Of a stretch of 64,000 nucleotides of DNA, positions 37,521 through 50,570 are shown one piece after another (the first letter of the stretch is position 1; each line of letters begins with the position of its first letter). Both the position numbers and the translations under genes were made by a program. Below the pieces are notes generated by a model that ran no database searches, was not told the origin of the DNA, and was given only the letters and a program-made list of their open reading frames with translations. The stretch is from Mobula hypostoma (lineage: Eukaryota): the NCBI RefSeq assembly GCF_963921235.1, contig NC_086097.1:175524001-175588000 (forward strand), in the 5' to 3' direction.

Positions 37521-40500
37521 GAAAAAAAGTTTTTTAAAGTGTTCCGGAGACTTAAAGCACAAATTTTATTCTTACAAGAGACCCATGTGCGGAGGGGGGA
37601 CAGACTACGTTTTTTTAAATTCTGGAAGGGACAACAGTTTCATTCGAACTCCAATGCTAAGATTCGAGGCATCTCTATTTTTATAGACCCCTCAGTTACT
37701 TTTATACAACATGATATTATTTCTGATCCGAATGGTAGATTTCTATTGGTTAGTGGTTTACTATTTAATAAAAAAGTAGTTTTGGTTAATGTTTATGCTC
37801 CTAATATGGACTGTCCGGAATTTTATAAATCATTATTTAATCAGTTTCCGAATTTGAATGAGTTTTCATTGATCTGGGGCGGAGATCTTAATACCTGTTT
37901 GTCTCCAGCTTTGGACCGTTCGGCTCCTTTACGGACCTTACCTAATAAATCTGCAACTTTGATTAATTCATTCCTTTCTGATTCTGGGTCGACGGACATT
38001 TGGCGGTTTTTGTATCCTCAGGAAAAAGATTTTTCTTTTGTTTTCACATGTTCATCATTCCTATTCAAGAATTGATTATTTCTTTATTGATTCTCGTCTT
38101 ATTTCCTCAGTGATTAAATGTGATTATGATTCTATAACCATTTCGGATCATGCTCCACTTAAGCTTTCTATTAAAATTCTGGCCAATATACAAAATAATA
38201 GACAATGGCGTTTTAATTCGCTGTTGCTTCAGGACTCGGACTTTGTTAACTTTATGAATGAACAGATTGATCTTTTTTTACAATTAACCATACAGAGGAT
38301 ATTTCTGTTAACACTCTTTGGGACACTTTTAAAGCTTATATTCGTGGTCAGATTATCTCGTATTCTGCTGCTTTGAGGAAGAAGCAGAAGCAGGAGGAGT
38401 TGGTAATTGTGGACAAGATTAAGGAAATTGATAAGAAATATGTTATAGCTCCTTCTGAGGAGTTATATAAACAAAGAACTGAACTTCAAATGGAACACAG
38501 TTTATTACTCTCGTCCTCGATTGTAAACCAATTAAAGAAAACAAGAAGTGAATTTTATGTACACAGTGACAAAATTGGCAAACTGTTGGCTAATCAATTG
38601 AAGTCTAATTATGCTAAATCTCAAATTAATCAGATTTATAACCAAAATGATCGACTGATACTTGATCATGTGGGGATTAATCAAACCTTCTGTGATTTTT
38701 ACTCTTCCTTATATCAATCAGAGTCTCCTCGAGATTCTAAATATATGAATGATTTTTTAGATAATTTAGACTTCCCTGAGATTTCACAGGATATGGCTTC
38801 TATGTTAGATACTTCCATTACCATGGATGAGATTAAGAATGTTATTTTCTCTATGAATTTGAGGAAAGCTCCTGGCCCTGATGGGTTTACCGTAGAATTT
38901 TATAAATGTTTTGCTCCTTCATTAATCCCTTGGCTCTGTAGGGTTTTTGAGGCTTCATTGAAACTTGGTAAACTTCCTGAATCTTTTAATAGAGCGTCAA
39001 TCTCTTTAATATTAAAGAAGGATAAAGATCCTGGTCAATGTGCATCTTATAGACCAATATCTTTATTAAATGTTGATTCTAAAGTTTTTTCTAAGTTATT
39101 AGCAAATAGATTAGAAAAAGTACTTCCCTCTATTATTTCGGAAGACCAAACGGGTTTTATTAAAGGTCGTTACTCTTTTTATAATATTCGTACACTGTTA
39201 AATATCGTTTATACTCCCTCACAAAATGTTCCTGAGTGTGTTATCTCTTTAGATGCCGAGAAAGCTTTTGATAGAGTAGAATGGCCTTATTTATTTAAGG
39301 TGCTTGAAATGTTTAATTTTAGCTCAAAATTTATATCCTGGATTAAACTCTTATATTATTCCCCTGTGGCCTTGGTTCGTACTAACTCTTTAAGTTCACC
39401 TTTTTTCCCTCTTTTTTGAGGTACTCGACAAGGTTGTCCTCTTAGTCCCTTATTATTTGATATTGCATTAGAACCTCTTGCAATTGCCATTCGAGAATCT
39501 CCAAATCTTACTGGGATAACTCGGGGCTTAAAGTCCCATAAATTATCACTCTATGCTGATGATTTACTTTTATATATTTCTAATCCTCAAAAATCCATCC
39601 CGGCTGTTTTAGAGTTATTAGCACAATTTGGTCTTTTTTCAGGTTATAAATTAAATCTTAGTAAGAGTGAACTCTTTCCGATTAATAAACAACTTCCCTT
39701 ATATTATAAATTTCCATTTAAATTGATTAATAATTATTTTTCATATCTTGGGATTAAAATTACTTGTAAATACAAAGATTTATTTAAGACTAACTTTTTA
39801 CCATTAATAGACCATATTACTCAACTTTCATCTAAATTGTTTCCTTTATATTTAACTTTGATTGGTCGTATTAATGCAGTTAAGATGATTTTTTTGCCAA
39901 AATTTTTATATATATTTCAGGCATTACCAATCTTTGTTCCAAAATCTTTTTTTGACAAAGTTGACTCTAAAATTTCTTCATTTATTTGGCAGAATAAAAA
40001 CCCGAGACTGGGTAAAATACATTTACAGAAAGCTAAGAGAGATGGAGGCTTAGCATTACCTAACTTTAGATTTTATTATTGGGCAATTAATATTTGACAT
40101 ATGAAATTCTGGTTACTGGACCAGGATATACTATCCATTCCTAAATGGGTAGTATTGGAATTACAATCTGTTCAGGGTTTTACACTTGGCTCTATTTTAG
40201 GTTCCTCTCTTCCTTTTGATTGGAAACGCCTTAAACAGGTGTCTAACCCGATAGTTAAATATACCTTGCGTATTTGGTTTAAATTCAGAAAATTTTTTGA
40301 TTTTAATCAATTTGGGTTAGCGATTCCTATTTTAGGTAACATTTTTTCCTCCCTCTTTTACGGATCGTGCTTTTCAAATTTGGAAGACTAAGGGTATTTC
40401 ACGGTTTTTGGATTTATTTTTAGATGGTTCCCTTATGTCTTTTGAACAATTATCTAATAAATATAACTTATCAAGAATACATTTTTTTAGATATCTACAA

Positions 40501-41235
40501 GTTAGAAATTTCCTAAGTACTATACTTTCTTCCTTTCCAATGCTTCCTCCTACATACATTTTAGATACTATAATCAACCTTAATCCATGTCAGAAAGGTG
40601 CATCGGCTATGATTTATAATATTATTATGAAACTTAGGAAAGCTCCATTTGATAAGATTAAGGTAGATTGGGAACAGGAATTGGGGTTTACCATTTCCGT
40701 GGATGTCTGGGGGCAGATTTTACAATTAGTCAATACTTCCTCTATCTGTGCTAAACATTCCCTGATTCAATTTAAAGTTGTTCATAGAGCACATATGTCC
40801 AAAGATAAGTTAGCGCGCTTTTATTCTCATATTAATGCTTTTTGTGATAGATGTCTGGGGCAGATAGCCTCTTTAACTCATATGTTTTGGTCTTGCCCTA
40901 CTTTGGGAACTTTTTGGAGAGACATTTTTAATATTATCTCCAAGGTATTGAATATAGATATCTCTCCTCACCCTATTACTGCTATCTTTGGACTACCTAA
41001 AATTTCCAGTAATCTCTCCCCTTCAGCCCGTAGAATGATTGCATTTCTTACTTTAGTGGCAAAAAGATGTATCTTACAACATTGGAAAGAGCTTAATGCT
41101 CCAACTACCTTTTCTTGGTTTTCTCAGACGATATTATGCTTGAATCTGGAGAAAATTAGAAGCAATCTTTATGACTCCTCATTTAAATTTGAACAGACTT
41201 GGAGATCTTTTATTCAATATTTTCATTTAATGTAA
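37521..41235 (+). pseudogene. Outer L1 ORF2 (APE-RT-CCHC), disrupted; first 25 codons lie at 31529-31603
   Basis: ORF pieces 37500-38075, 38038-38376, 38373-39419, 39723-40097, 40101-40391 and 40408-41235, with LQETH, SDH, KAPGPDG, LDAEKAFD and YADD motifs. Confidence 0.92.
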
Positions 41236-41587
41236 TATATACCCTTCTTGTTTTTTTTTTACTGTTTTTATTGGAGGTCGGGATTGAGGACGTGATTTTA
41301 AGTTTAACTCTGTTTGGTTTCAAGTTAGCCCATTGCTTTGCTTTGCTTTTAGTTAGTTGCACGGTGGGTTTTTTTTTGGGGGGGTTTTTTCCTTTTCTCT
41401 ATTGATATATATATAAAATTAGTATACTATTATGTTACGTTTGTTATGTTTAAATTACATTGCTTGTAGTATTTTTTTTGTATTAATATCTTCTGTAATT
41501 TTATTATATTCTAACAGTGTATTAGTGTCTATATGGCTTACCTTTTTGTATACTTATTTAATAAAAAGATTTAAAAAGAAAGAAAAG

Positions 41588-42243
41588 AAAAGTCACAGGT
41601 TTGGACCTACAACCTAATTCATTTACGGCAATCTTTGGGATTTTTCCAACGGAAGCAGGAAACGTTCCTGTTTCCGCTCAACGCATGATAGTTTTCTCAA
41701 CTTTATTGGCTTGGAGGGCTATTCTATTGTACTGGAAGGATCCCAATTCACCTACTGTTTTTATTTTTGGCTCTCCTCCATTATGTCACGTTTGAGTTTG
41801 GAGAAAATTAGGAGTCGGACATTTGATACATCTTTTAAATTTGAGCAAACTTGGTGACCTTTTATTCAATATTTTCATATGATCTAATTCTTTTTACTTT
41901 TTCAGTTAATTCTTTTTCTTCTCCGTGAAGTTTTAGATTTGACCAGAAGGATTTTTCCTTTTTTTAAAACTGTATCCTCAAAATGGACTACCTAGTCCCC
42001 TGTTTCTTTGGTTTTAGGTTAGTTTAGTGGGGGTTTCTTTTCTTAACAGAAATCTTGAGTTTTTTTTTCTATGAACTGTTAAGAGAAGTGGTTCTTTTTT
42101 TTTCTTTATATTAGCTTAATACTATATATGATTTTGACAGTGTATATTCCTTTCTTTGTACTATTAAATACGTATTTGAGATGACCTCCCCTCTGGTTTG
42201 TATTTATCCTTATTCTTTTAAATCAATAAAAAAGATTGAAAGT
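41588..42243 (+). mobile_element. Older L1 3' fragment, right part with 3' UTR and polyA signal
   Basis: DLQPNSFTAIFGIFPTEAG...EKIRS..FDTSFKFEQT; ends AATAAAAAAGATTGAA; homologous to 63300-63700. Confidence 0.85.
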
Positions 42244-44459
42244 AGAAATGATTTAAAGTATACAGGAGAATGTGCGTAGGTTATCGTGGATCGGGATTAA
42301 AAAAACGGTTTCTCTTACTAAGTAAGTCGGAACAGGTACATCGGGTATTATTTAGCGACAGTTAGTCAAACGTTTGTCTTAGTATATAGTATATATTTCA
42401 CCTTTCTATGCGTATAAAACACTTAAGAAACGTATGTTTCAGCGCTGGGCTCGGGAAGTGACAGATTGTTCCTGAGTTCGATCCAGTGACAGATCGCTCC
42501 CAAGCACGCTTTCCATCCGTGCCGGATTGATGTAGAAGATTTAAAAACCCAAAACCTAATAATTAAACCACTGCATTGCTTAGTAATAATTGTAGCTTTC
42601 ATCGGGGCAGGGCCTTTCTCACTTTATCCTTTAAAATTGTTCTGATCGTTGACCGACTGTAGCCTAACACTTTTCCAATGACTGATGACGTTTCACCTCT
42701 TTCCAATCGCTTTATTATTTCCACTTTATTTTCAGTCGTGATTGTGATTATTTTCATTGACAGAAACACTGCGGATTCAGAGCTCCACCGCCGGATCCTA
42801 ATGTCCACCGCACTAAAACAGGTTAAATAAGATCTGGGGTTCCGTTGGGTCCTAAGGTCCACTGCATTGAGACAGGTTGAATAAGGGACTTGAGCATCCG
42901 AGTTTTTTGTTATCCGCAAGGGGTCCCGGAACCAATCCCTCACAGATAAGGAGGGCCGACTGTACTCCAGTCTTTGAGACAAGCCAGAAATAATAAGATC
43001 CAATTCAAGGAATTTGTTTGAAGGGATGGTGAAACTTAAACATGGTTGACCTGAATTGGAATCTACAGCATTCAGGCCCTTGTTTCTCCTGCTATTCAGT
43101 AAGCTTATGGATGACCTGTACCTTCATTTAAAGAAAATAAAAAACTGGGTGCTAAAAATTGGAAACAAAAACAAAGTACTGACTTGTGAATTCTTCTCAT
43201 AATTTTCTGGTTTTGTTGATGTTATTTGCCTCCCTGTTTTGTGATGAATATTTTGTGATGAATTGCTCAGTGATACCCACTGACATTCAAACCAAAGGTT
43301 TTTGTCTAATTCACAGATAATTGTTGCTTCTACTAATGTTTTAAAAGCTTGTTCAGCCCAAAGAAGGTGGTCTGGAGTGGTCTGATTTATCAGTTTTTCT
43401 ATGAAATGTGTTGTAAGCTTATTTAAATGTATTTCTCTTCTGATATGCTGAATGTTTCATTGGTATTGGAAAATGATTATTCTTTCTCTGGACAAACATC
43501 TAAAACCATCCAGGAATAAGAATCCTCGCCACGTCCAGGAAGGTTAGTGACAGTGAAGCAGTTAACAATATCAGCTTGAGAAGTGTTCAGTTACAAGATG
43601 CAGCCACAGTTATATGAGCATGTTTGGCACTATCCCCTCAACTTAAGTGTTTGCTGAAACTCTACTACTAAGGCTTATGAACTATTGAGAAGTTTCCTCC
43701 TTACAAATACTTCAGTTATTTCTGTACAACTTTACACTTCCCTTGCCCCTCATGATCCCCTAAATTCTCTAGGATATCTGTGGTGCCCGATTTTGAAGCT
43801 CTGTTGTTGAGGGAAAATTTTGTTCTGCTTCTATTATTTGTTTTGTAGCTACTTTTGTAGTATCTATGGTTGATCAGTATTACTATTCTTTAGTCTTCAA
43901 TCTAATAATGTGTGCTTTTTTCTAAATGTTAGTCCATTTCGTTTTTCAGAAGAAAGTATGGTTTGCTGTTACCAGTTTTCATATTAAATACTGTTGGCTT
44001 TCCGTGACCAGTAACAAAACAATATGTGGTTCAATATTAGGAGTATTTGGTTTCAAGTCCCACTTCACACAAGTAGGCAATCTAGGCTGGCACTCTTGAG
44101 AGTAAGGGAGGAGTTCTCCACTGGCAGGGATGTAGTTGATTCTGGTGAGATGTTTATTGGGAACTTTCTGTGCAGACATTGGCAGTCAATTTCTTATTAA
44201 CAGAAACGCACAACGAACTTAAACTCTCAACCCCAACAATATCAGTTTCCTAGACGTGAACATTAATAGTCCATTCTGGTCCAACCAGGTTTGGCATGTA
44301 CTAGATGGACTGAAGGGCCTGTTTCTGTGCTGGAGTGTTCTATGACTATGTAAATGCCACAGCAAAAAAAATCTCACTAGTGCCTCAGTTTCCTTTGGAG
44401 ACTATAAGAAAGGTGGTATAGACCCTTTGACCCTCACCATTTTTTACATATGAACCTTA

Positions 44460-45150
44460 GAAAGCATCCAGTCAGGACTTCCTCATCAGGAGACTACAAT
44501 CAGTATGGATTGGTGATAATACCCCTTTGTTGACAATCGACGTAGGCTCATCTCAAAGATCCAAGATTAACCCAGTGCTCTACACTTTCTGCCCTCTTTT
44601 TGGCTAAGCACACATCAAACACAATTGAAAATCCTCAAACCACCACTGTTGGCAATGAGTTGGTATACAGGGGTGAGATGGATCAGCTGGTTGACTGATG
44701 TTGCAAGAACGAGCTTGCAGTCAGTTTCAGCAACATCACTGTGGACATGGGGAAGGGAACGGCAAGACACATCATTGTTCTGAGTGGTCAGCTGTGGAAA
44801 GGGTGAGCAGCTTCAAGTTCTTGGGTGTCATCATCTCGGAGGATCTATCCTAGGCCCAATAGATTGATACCAGCACATCACCAGCTCTAATTTTTAGGTT
44901 TTAGACTTGGCCAGCTCCATCACAGTCTCAACCCACCCAATCATTGAGAGCATCTTTAAGAAGTCATGTCACCCATCACAGAGGACCCTCAAAATCTGAT
45001 GTGCCCCCTATTCATTACTACCATCAGGTAGGAGATACTGGAGCATAAAGGCCTACATTCAGTGTTTCAGAAGTTGCGTTTCCCCTCCACCATCAGATTT
45101 CAAAATGTCCACATTATTTTTCTTTTGCACTGTTTATTTATCTAGTAATT
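44460..45150 (+). mobile_element. Decayed Rex1/Babar-like LINE RT fragment
   Basis: Degenerate motifs such as gtggaaagggtgagcagcttcaagttcttgggtgtc (VERVSSFKFLGV) and ctaccatcaggtaggagatac (LPSGRRY). Confidence 0.6.
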
Positions 45151-46120
45151 TATAGGTCAAAGCCAGCATGGTTTCCTGAAAGGAAAATCCTGCCTGACAA
45201 AGCTGCTGCAATTTTTTTTGAGGAAATTACAAACAGGCTAGACAAGGAGGTGTAGTAGATTTGGTGTACTGACATTGGAGAGGGTTCAGAGAAGATTCAC
45301 AAGAGTGATTCCAGGAATGAAAGGGTTACCGTATGAAGGACGTCTGACAGCTCTTGGGCTGTATTCTCTGGAGTTTAAGAGAGTGAGGGGAGATCATGGC
45401 CTACTTCTGCTCCTATCTCTGATGTCTTCGTGCTGAACTGCTGCAAAACAACAAATTTCACTTCATATAAGACTGGTAATAAATGTGATTCTGATTTTGC
45501 ATCATGGCTTGATAAGGCAGTGGCTCTGTCTGTGACTGCAAGAAACTGCAGAGTGTTGTGGGCACAGCTCAGCACATCATGGAAACTAGCTTCCCCTCCA
45601 TGAACTCTGCCTACACTTCTTGCTGCCTTGGTATTGCAGCCAATATAATAAGATCCCACCCAGCCTTGATATTCTCTCTTCTTCCCCTTTAGTAGAAAAT
45701 ATAAAAACTGAAAGCACATACTACCAAGCTCAAGGGCGCCTTCTTTCCTAAGACTATTATAAGACTATTCCATAAGACTATTGAGTGGCCCCTTAGTATG
45801 ATAGATGAACATGCTCTCACAATCCATCTTGTTTTGACTTTGCACATTATTGTCTGCACTGCACTTTCTCTAACTATAGCAGTTTATCCTACATTCTGTT
45901 ACTGTCTTATCTTGTACTACCTCAATGCACTGTTGAAATGAATTAATCTGCATGGACAATATGCCAGATGACAAGCTTCTCACTACCTCAGTACATGTGA
46001 CAACAAGACAACAAAAGACTAATTTACCAACTGTAAAATCATTTGACAACATCCCATTGTCATGAATGGGTTTGTATAGTTCATTTTCAGTTTATTTTTA
46101 GATCACTTCTTTTATGGCTA

Positions 46121-46575
46121 CAGTCCCCAACCACCAGGCCACAAAGCATGTGCTACTGGGCCGTGAGGAAATGATATGAGTCAGCTGCACCTTTCCTCAT
46201 TCCCTGTTACACACTGTTGAACTTGAACATAGGGTTGCCAACTGTCCCGTATTTGTTGGGACATCTCGTACATTGGGCTAAATTGGTTTGACCCATACGG
46301 GACTGCTCTTGTCCCGTATTTCCCCCGCTAAGGTAGAGTATTCCTATGAAACCTTTCGTGCTGAAATGGCATAAAGCGAAGAAGCAATTGCCATTAATTT
46401 ATATGGGAAAAATTTTTGCGCGTTCCCAGACCCAAAAAATAACCTACCAAATCATACCAAATAACATATAAAACGGAAAATAAATAACACTAGCATATGA
46501 AAAGCAGGAATAATATGATAAATACACAACCTATATAAAATAGAAATAATGTATGTACAGTATAGTCGGGAAGAT
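46121..46575 (-). mobile_element. Partial inverted copy of the adjacent non-autonomous hAT element
   Basis: Reverse complement of about 46930-47347; begins CAGTCCCCAACC. Confidence 0.8.
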
Positions 46576-46628
46576 GTGCACCCCTGTTTTATGGGTTGAA
46601 ATTTTTTGATAACCTTGAACCTCTATGT

Positions 46629-47347
46629 CAGGGGTCCCCAACCTTTTTTGCACTGCAGACTGGTTTAATATTGACAATATTCTTGTGGACCAGCCGACGG
46701 GGGGGAGGGGGGTGGTGTTCAAGTAGGGTTGCCGACTTCCTCACTCTCAAAAAAGGGACAAAAGTAGCAGTCAAATATGGGACACTTGTGTTTACCCTGA
46801 GAAAGACTACCATGACCTTGAAGCCTTGCACAGACACCTCTGTGTGTGTGTGTGTGCATGCGTGTACGTGCCAATTTTTTTCTACAAATCGGTTTTGGCT
46901 TAATCTTCTGGATTCTGTTAAGTGAAACTACACTGTACATACATTATTTCTACTTTATATAGGCTGTGCATTTATCATATCATTCCTGCTTTTATTATAT
47001 GTTAGTATTATTTTAGATACGGTAGGTTATTTTTTGGGTCTGGGAACGCTCAAATTTTTCCTATATAAATTAATGGTAATTGCTTCTTTGCTTTACGCCA
47101 TTTCGGCACGAAAGGTTTCATAGGAATGCTCTGCCTTAGCGGGGGAAATACGGGACAAGGGTGCCTGTATGGGACAAACCAATTTAGCCCAATATACAGG
47201 ATGTCCTGGCTAATATGGGACAGTTGGCAACCCTATTTCAAGTTCAGCAGTGCATGACAGGGAATGAGGAAAGTTGCAGCTGACTCATGTTGTTTCATAT
47301 CGCCAAATCATATCGTTTCCTCACGGCCCGGTAGTTGGGGACCACTG
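46629..47347 (+). mobile_element. Non-autonomous hAT element (719 bp) with a perfect 8-bp TSD
   Basis: TIRs CAGGGGTCCCCAAC and GTTGGGGACCACTG; CTCTATGT at 46621-46628 and 47348-47355. Confidence 0.92.
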
Positions 47348-47660
47348 CTCTATGTTATTCGTAGCAAGCAGAAAAGAACTATCCCTGAATGAGATGTTTT
47401 GATATATAGCAGATTGGGTGCTGACTGATAGACCCTTGTATACTGTCCCTACCCCAAAGCATCAAGGAACTCCAAAGCCCTGTAAGGATAGTGGTTCAGG
47501 AAGGTGACTCACCATCACTTTCAATAATTAGTGATGGCCAAAACATGCTCCCTTTGCCAAAGATGCCTGTACTCTGGGAAAAAATGCATTAAAAATTAAT
47601 AATTCTCATGTGACATGCCACTATATTGCAGTAACTATAAATACATTTAAAGCTCCAATT

Positions 47661-49849
47661 CAGTGTTTCCCAACCTTTTTACCCCTCTTACACCCCTAAA
47701 GCATGTTCATATTTGCCATCACCCCCACCAAAGCACCTTTGTACCTGCCAGTGCCTCTCCAAGGCACAATATACTTCCCTGCATCCCCATAGTGTAAAAA
47801 CATCTCTACTATATGCTAACATGAGAAAAATGATTCTGACTTAAATTTTTATTTGGCTTTAAACCTAGCTTACACAGTACCTGTGCGCTGTACAGCAGCT
47901 TCGATATCAATGTGATCCTTGAGCTTGATTGTCTTTAGCAAGAGTTAAAATACCTGCTTCAAGTTGTGACAGCAAAAGCCTCAAGTCCCCAAACATAACG
48001 TCCAAGCGGTTTCTGTTTATTTGTGAGTATGTAGTTCACTGCACTGAAGCCTCTTTGAACAAAGTAGGAGGATGGAAATGCAATGAAGACAATTGGCTCT
48101 TCTCCACAGACCAGGAAGCATCATATGGCAGTATAGTCACATACCACAAAAACCAACATCTTTGAAAAGTGTTTTTGCTTCCTCATTATCCTGTGAATTT
48201 CAATAATTTCTTCTTGCATGTTCACTTTCTGTTCTGCCACCTTGAAAAGGACTGGGTTAATTACCCAATCCGGAATTTTCAGATCATACAAATCCTTGAA
48301 TTGATTTTGAAAACCCTTCTACAGTGACTGTAGGTTCAAGCAGCACTCTTGCAAATCACTGTCTGTGAAAGAATGCCATACTTTCTATGCAGGGAAACTG
48401 AGAAAAATTCTGCCAATTTTTTGTTTATATATTTCCAATTTTCATATAAAAGTAGATACTGAACTTCTTGCCTGGATTAAATTGAAGTTCTCATCCTGCA
48501 GTTTCATATTTAGAATGTTTGTTATGTCACATAGGCTGATTGTTACACAGGTATGCCACATCTCCACATAGAAGTTCAATCTTGTTTCCCAAGCTCTTGT
48601 CGACTTTGAGCAAAAATTCAACCAGTGTCAAAAAGATCAAAGATACACTTTAAGCAGCCAACACATTCAGTATGAAGAAGCAAGAGTTCAAACTCTTCAT
48701 CGTTATCTTGGCATAACTGGTGAAGTGTTCTGCAATTTAATGAATGAGATTTAATTTTGTTGACAGCAGATATTACAAGAGTCATACTTGAAAAAAGTCA
48801 CTGGCCGAGGATTTTGGCTGCAAGGTGTTGACGATGAATTACAGAATGGATTGCAAACAGACTACGAATTCCTCTTTTCATAAATGCCACTAAACCATCA
48901 AGGCATTCTGTCATGTATGGTGCTTCATCTGTTGCACAAGGAATCATTGGAATACTTTAGTCCTCATATTTTGAGCTTGTCATAGATTGATTCTCTAATA
49001 TTTATTTTTCTCTTTTTGTAAAAGAGAATCTCTTCATAAACTTTTCCGTTTTTGATGAACCGTGTATATGCAATTAGCAATGCCTCATTGTCTCCCACAG
49101 ACAACTCATCCAATTATATCTCAAATTCTGTTTTTTGTAGCTCTGTGTGGTTGATACTCAGTCTTCACTTATTTTGTCAGTGTGAGGAGCTACAGAGTTA
49201 CTACTTAGAGGAATTGATTTTAAAATACTGGTATCCATTTTGAGAACAGTGGTGAACAATTGTGATACAGCAGCCATTAATTTTTTACTGACTGTATGAG
49301 ATTTTCCACACTTGGCTGTCATTGTGGAAATGTTATAAGAAACAATGAGACCACTATCAAGGTCATTTTTAGCTTTCTTGGCAAATTACTCGAATGCAAC
49401 ACTTTTCAAATGCTGCTTTCATCTTCTGGAACTGAGTAGTACCATAAGTAGCCTTTTCAGGGTGTCTTTTACCGAAGTGTTCCTGCACTCTCGATGGCTT
49501 CTTTAGACAGCACAGTATTACAAATAAGCAACTTTTCTGTAGTTTCTGTTCTCAGCAGGTTGCGAATTCAAGGTTTCACAGCCTTCAGAACTCATAAAGA
49601 TCACTCTGTATGTATTTATCCATCATTAATGGGGCTAAATTAAAACAAAAAATATAACACAAGCTGGGAATGCCTATTGGATGTTGATGACAGTGAGATG
49701 ACACAGTTGTCAGGTCTCGTGCCTCAAGTTAGGGTGCCACTCACCACCCCCCACCCCCCCAAAAAAGAATCTTGGAACGCCTACCCCCCCCCAACTTTTT
49801 CCCGTAACACCCCCTTAGGACATGTAATGGCACCCTTTGGAAATCACTG
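47661..49849 (-). mobile_element. Decayed, formerly autonomous hAT (Charlie/Buster-like) transposon
   Basis: Termini CAGTGTTTCCCAA and TTGGAAATCACTG. Minus-strand transposase remnants LDELSVGDNEALLIAYTRFI, CATDEAP, LLLHTE and FPSSYFVQRGFSAV. Confidence 0.8.
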
Positions 49850-50239
49850 ATTTAGTTAAATAAGTGAAAGGAAGCCAGTGAGGTTGGCGGGGGGAACTGA
49901 ATATAGTAAGTAAACTTTTTTAAACGGTTTCATCTTTGGAGGGGGGAAAATAAAAGATTTGGGCCTGTTTCTGTACCTTTAAACTCATTTGAGGCTGAAT
50001 CTTAAATATTCTTTATGTCTAGAATTCTGCTAGAACAAGCTGAAATTGAATGTATTCAAGAGAATAATATACATCTACCTAGAGGCCAAAGCAAGATGAA
50101 CATTTATCTTTGCAAAGCTTTTTGTCTCATTCCAATGGATCACCATTTTAAAATCAATATAATAGCTTAATTAATAAAAATATGGTCATTATTGGTATAG
50201 CATTTATCTAAAACATATTTAAGAACTGTGCTGGCGAAG

Positions 50240-50570
50240 AAATAAGGGCTGAAACGCTTGGATTGAGTGTATGTGGAGAGATGATTCCATTGAGAGAAAA
50301 GATCTCAGGGCATTGACTTGAGATTAAGGGACATCCCTTTGAAATGGAGATCCCTTTAACCAGAGGGTGGTGAATCTGTGGAATCTATTGCCACAGGGTT
50401 GTGGAGGGAAAATCATGAAGTGTATTTCGGGTAGTAATTGTAGGTTCTTGATTGGTAAGGGAGTTGAGGATTATGGGGAGAGGTGGGAGAATGGGCTATA
50501 ATTGAATGGCAGAACAAGCTGGATGGCTTGAATGGTCTAATTCTATTCCTCTATCTTAATGGTCTTGTGA
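50240..50570 (+). mobile_element. CR1 LINE 3' fragment
   Basis: cagagggtggtgaatctgtggaatctattgccacag followed by a CR1-type tail. Confidence 0.75.

Larger units (their letters stand above)
29804..41587 (+). mobile_element. Full-length L1 LINE (outer), interrupted at the ORF2 start by a minus-strand L1
   Basis: G-rich 5' end, ORF1, about 700-bp spacer, ORF2, then AATAAA and an A-rich tail. TSD AAAAGTCA(T/C)AGGTTTGG at 29789-29805 and 41588-41604. Confidence 0.95.
29472..42962 (-). mobile_element. Tigger/pogo DNA transposon deletion derivative, split into 29472-29643 and about 42244-42962 by nested L1s
   Basis: TIRs CAGTCGGCCCTCC(C/T)TATC with TA on both outer sides (29470-29471 and 42963-42964). 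The minus strand encodes a CENP-B/psq-type HTH (ITTENKVEIIKRLERGETSSVIGKVLGYSRSTIRTILKDK). Confidence 0.9.
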
